64,000 bases of DNA from Grus americana (Eukaryota): NCBI RefSeq assembly GCF_028858705.1, contig NC_072852.1:200324471-200388470 (forward strand), read 5' to 3'. The position numbers were made by a program, and so were the translations under genes. This document shows, one piece after another, positions 63,811 through 64,000 of this stretch (its first letter is position 1; every line of letters starts with the position of its first letter). Under the pieces are notes generated by a model. That model did no database searches. It was not told the origin of the DNA and saw nothing but the letters and a program-made list of their open reading frames with translations.

Positions 63811-64000
63811 GTAAGTTGAGAGAGAAAGCATATGATGTACTTTGAGTAAACTGAAGAATTTAATCTCATTTTCCAGTTAAAATCAGAAAGTGTATTCAGT
63901 GTTCTTCATCTTAAAATTACTTCATTAGTCAAAGATAAATGCTGCACCACTTTGATGCCTGAAAGTCAAGTGCTACTGTGGAAGGAATTTTTATAAAATG

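Noticed and set aside
1-64000. Prokaryotic-style features (operons, CRISPR arrays, defence systems).
   Set aside because: Sequence composition, GT-AG introns, CpG islands, CR1/LTR retroelements and vertebrate gene homologues show this is a eukaryotic nuclear locus. No direct-repeat or spacer arrays or dense short-intergenic ORF clusters exist.

Overview
This window is vertebrate, almost certainly avian (galliform-like) nuclear DNA, not prokaryotic: it is AT-rich with two CpG islands, has GT-AG introns, carries two CR1 LINE copies with the typical (ATTCTRTG)n 3' tail, and two solo-LTR-like repeats. Three protein-coding genes are recognisable by translating exons and comparing them with remembered human orthologues. 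(1) MPHOSPH8 is on the minus strand; only exon 1 (chromodomain start ...EDVFEVEKILDVKTEG, then gtgagt) and its CpG-island promoter lie in the window (about 2.1-3.3 kb), and the gene body runs off the left edge. (2) PARP4 (vault PARP) is on the minus strand and fills about 5.0-54.2 kb, with a probable non-coding first exon in the CpG island near 59 kb. I placed 28 coding exons by splice-site and reading-frame tracking, from MAIFANCVFFIKVKYLP at 54.2 kb to the stop at 5063-5065. Several small exons remain unresolved. (3) CENPJ is on the plus strand; its first coding exon (61258-61632) and the next exon (63687-63810) are present, driven from the same CpG island at 59-60 kb, so PARP4 and CENPJ appear head-to-head. 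The PARP4 3' end lies only about 1.6-2 kb upstream of the MPHOSPH8 promoter. PARP4 introns contain a sense-oriented degraded CR1 (27964-30425), an antisense 5'-truncated CR1 whose RT C-terminal ORF is still open (45357-46580), two related solo-LTR-like elements (49116-49662 and 53517-54047), and a local tandem duplication (9.48-11.8 kb) in which one copy carries the large proline-rich PARP4 exon and the other retains only an acceptor-bearing remnant of it. No CRISPR array, operon or prokaryotic defence system is present. The interesting content is eukaryotic gene architecture and repeat dynamics. All exon coordinates come from manual six-frame reading and should be confirmed by RNA-seq or protein alignment.
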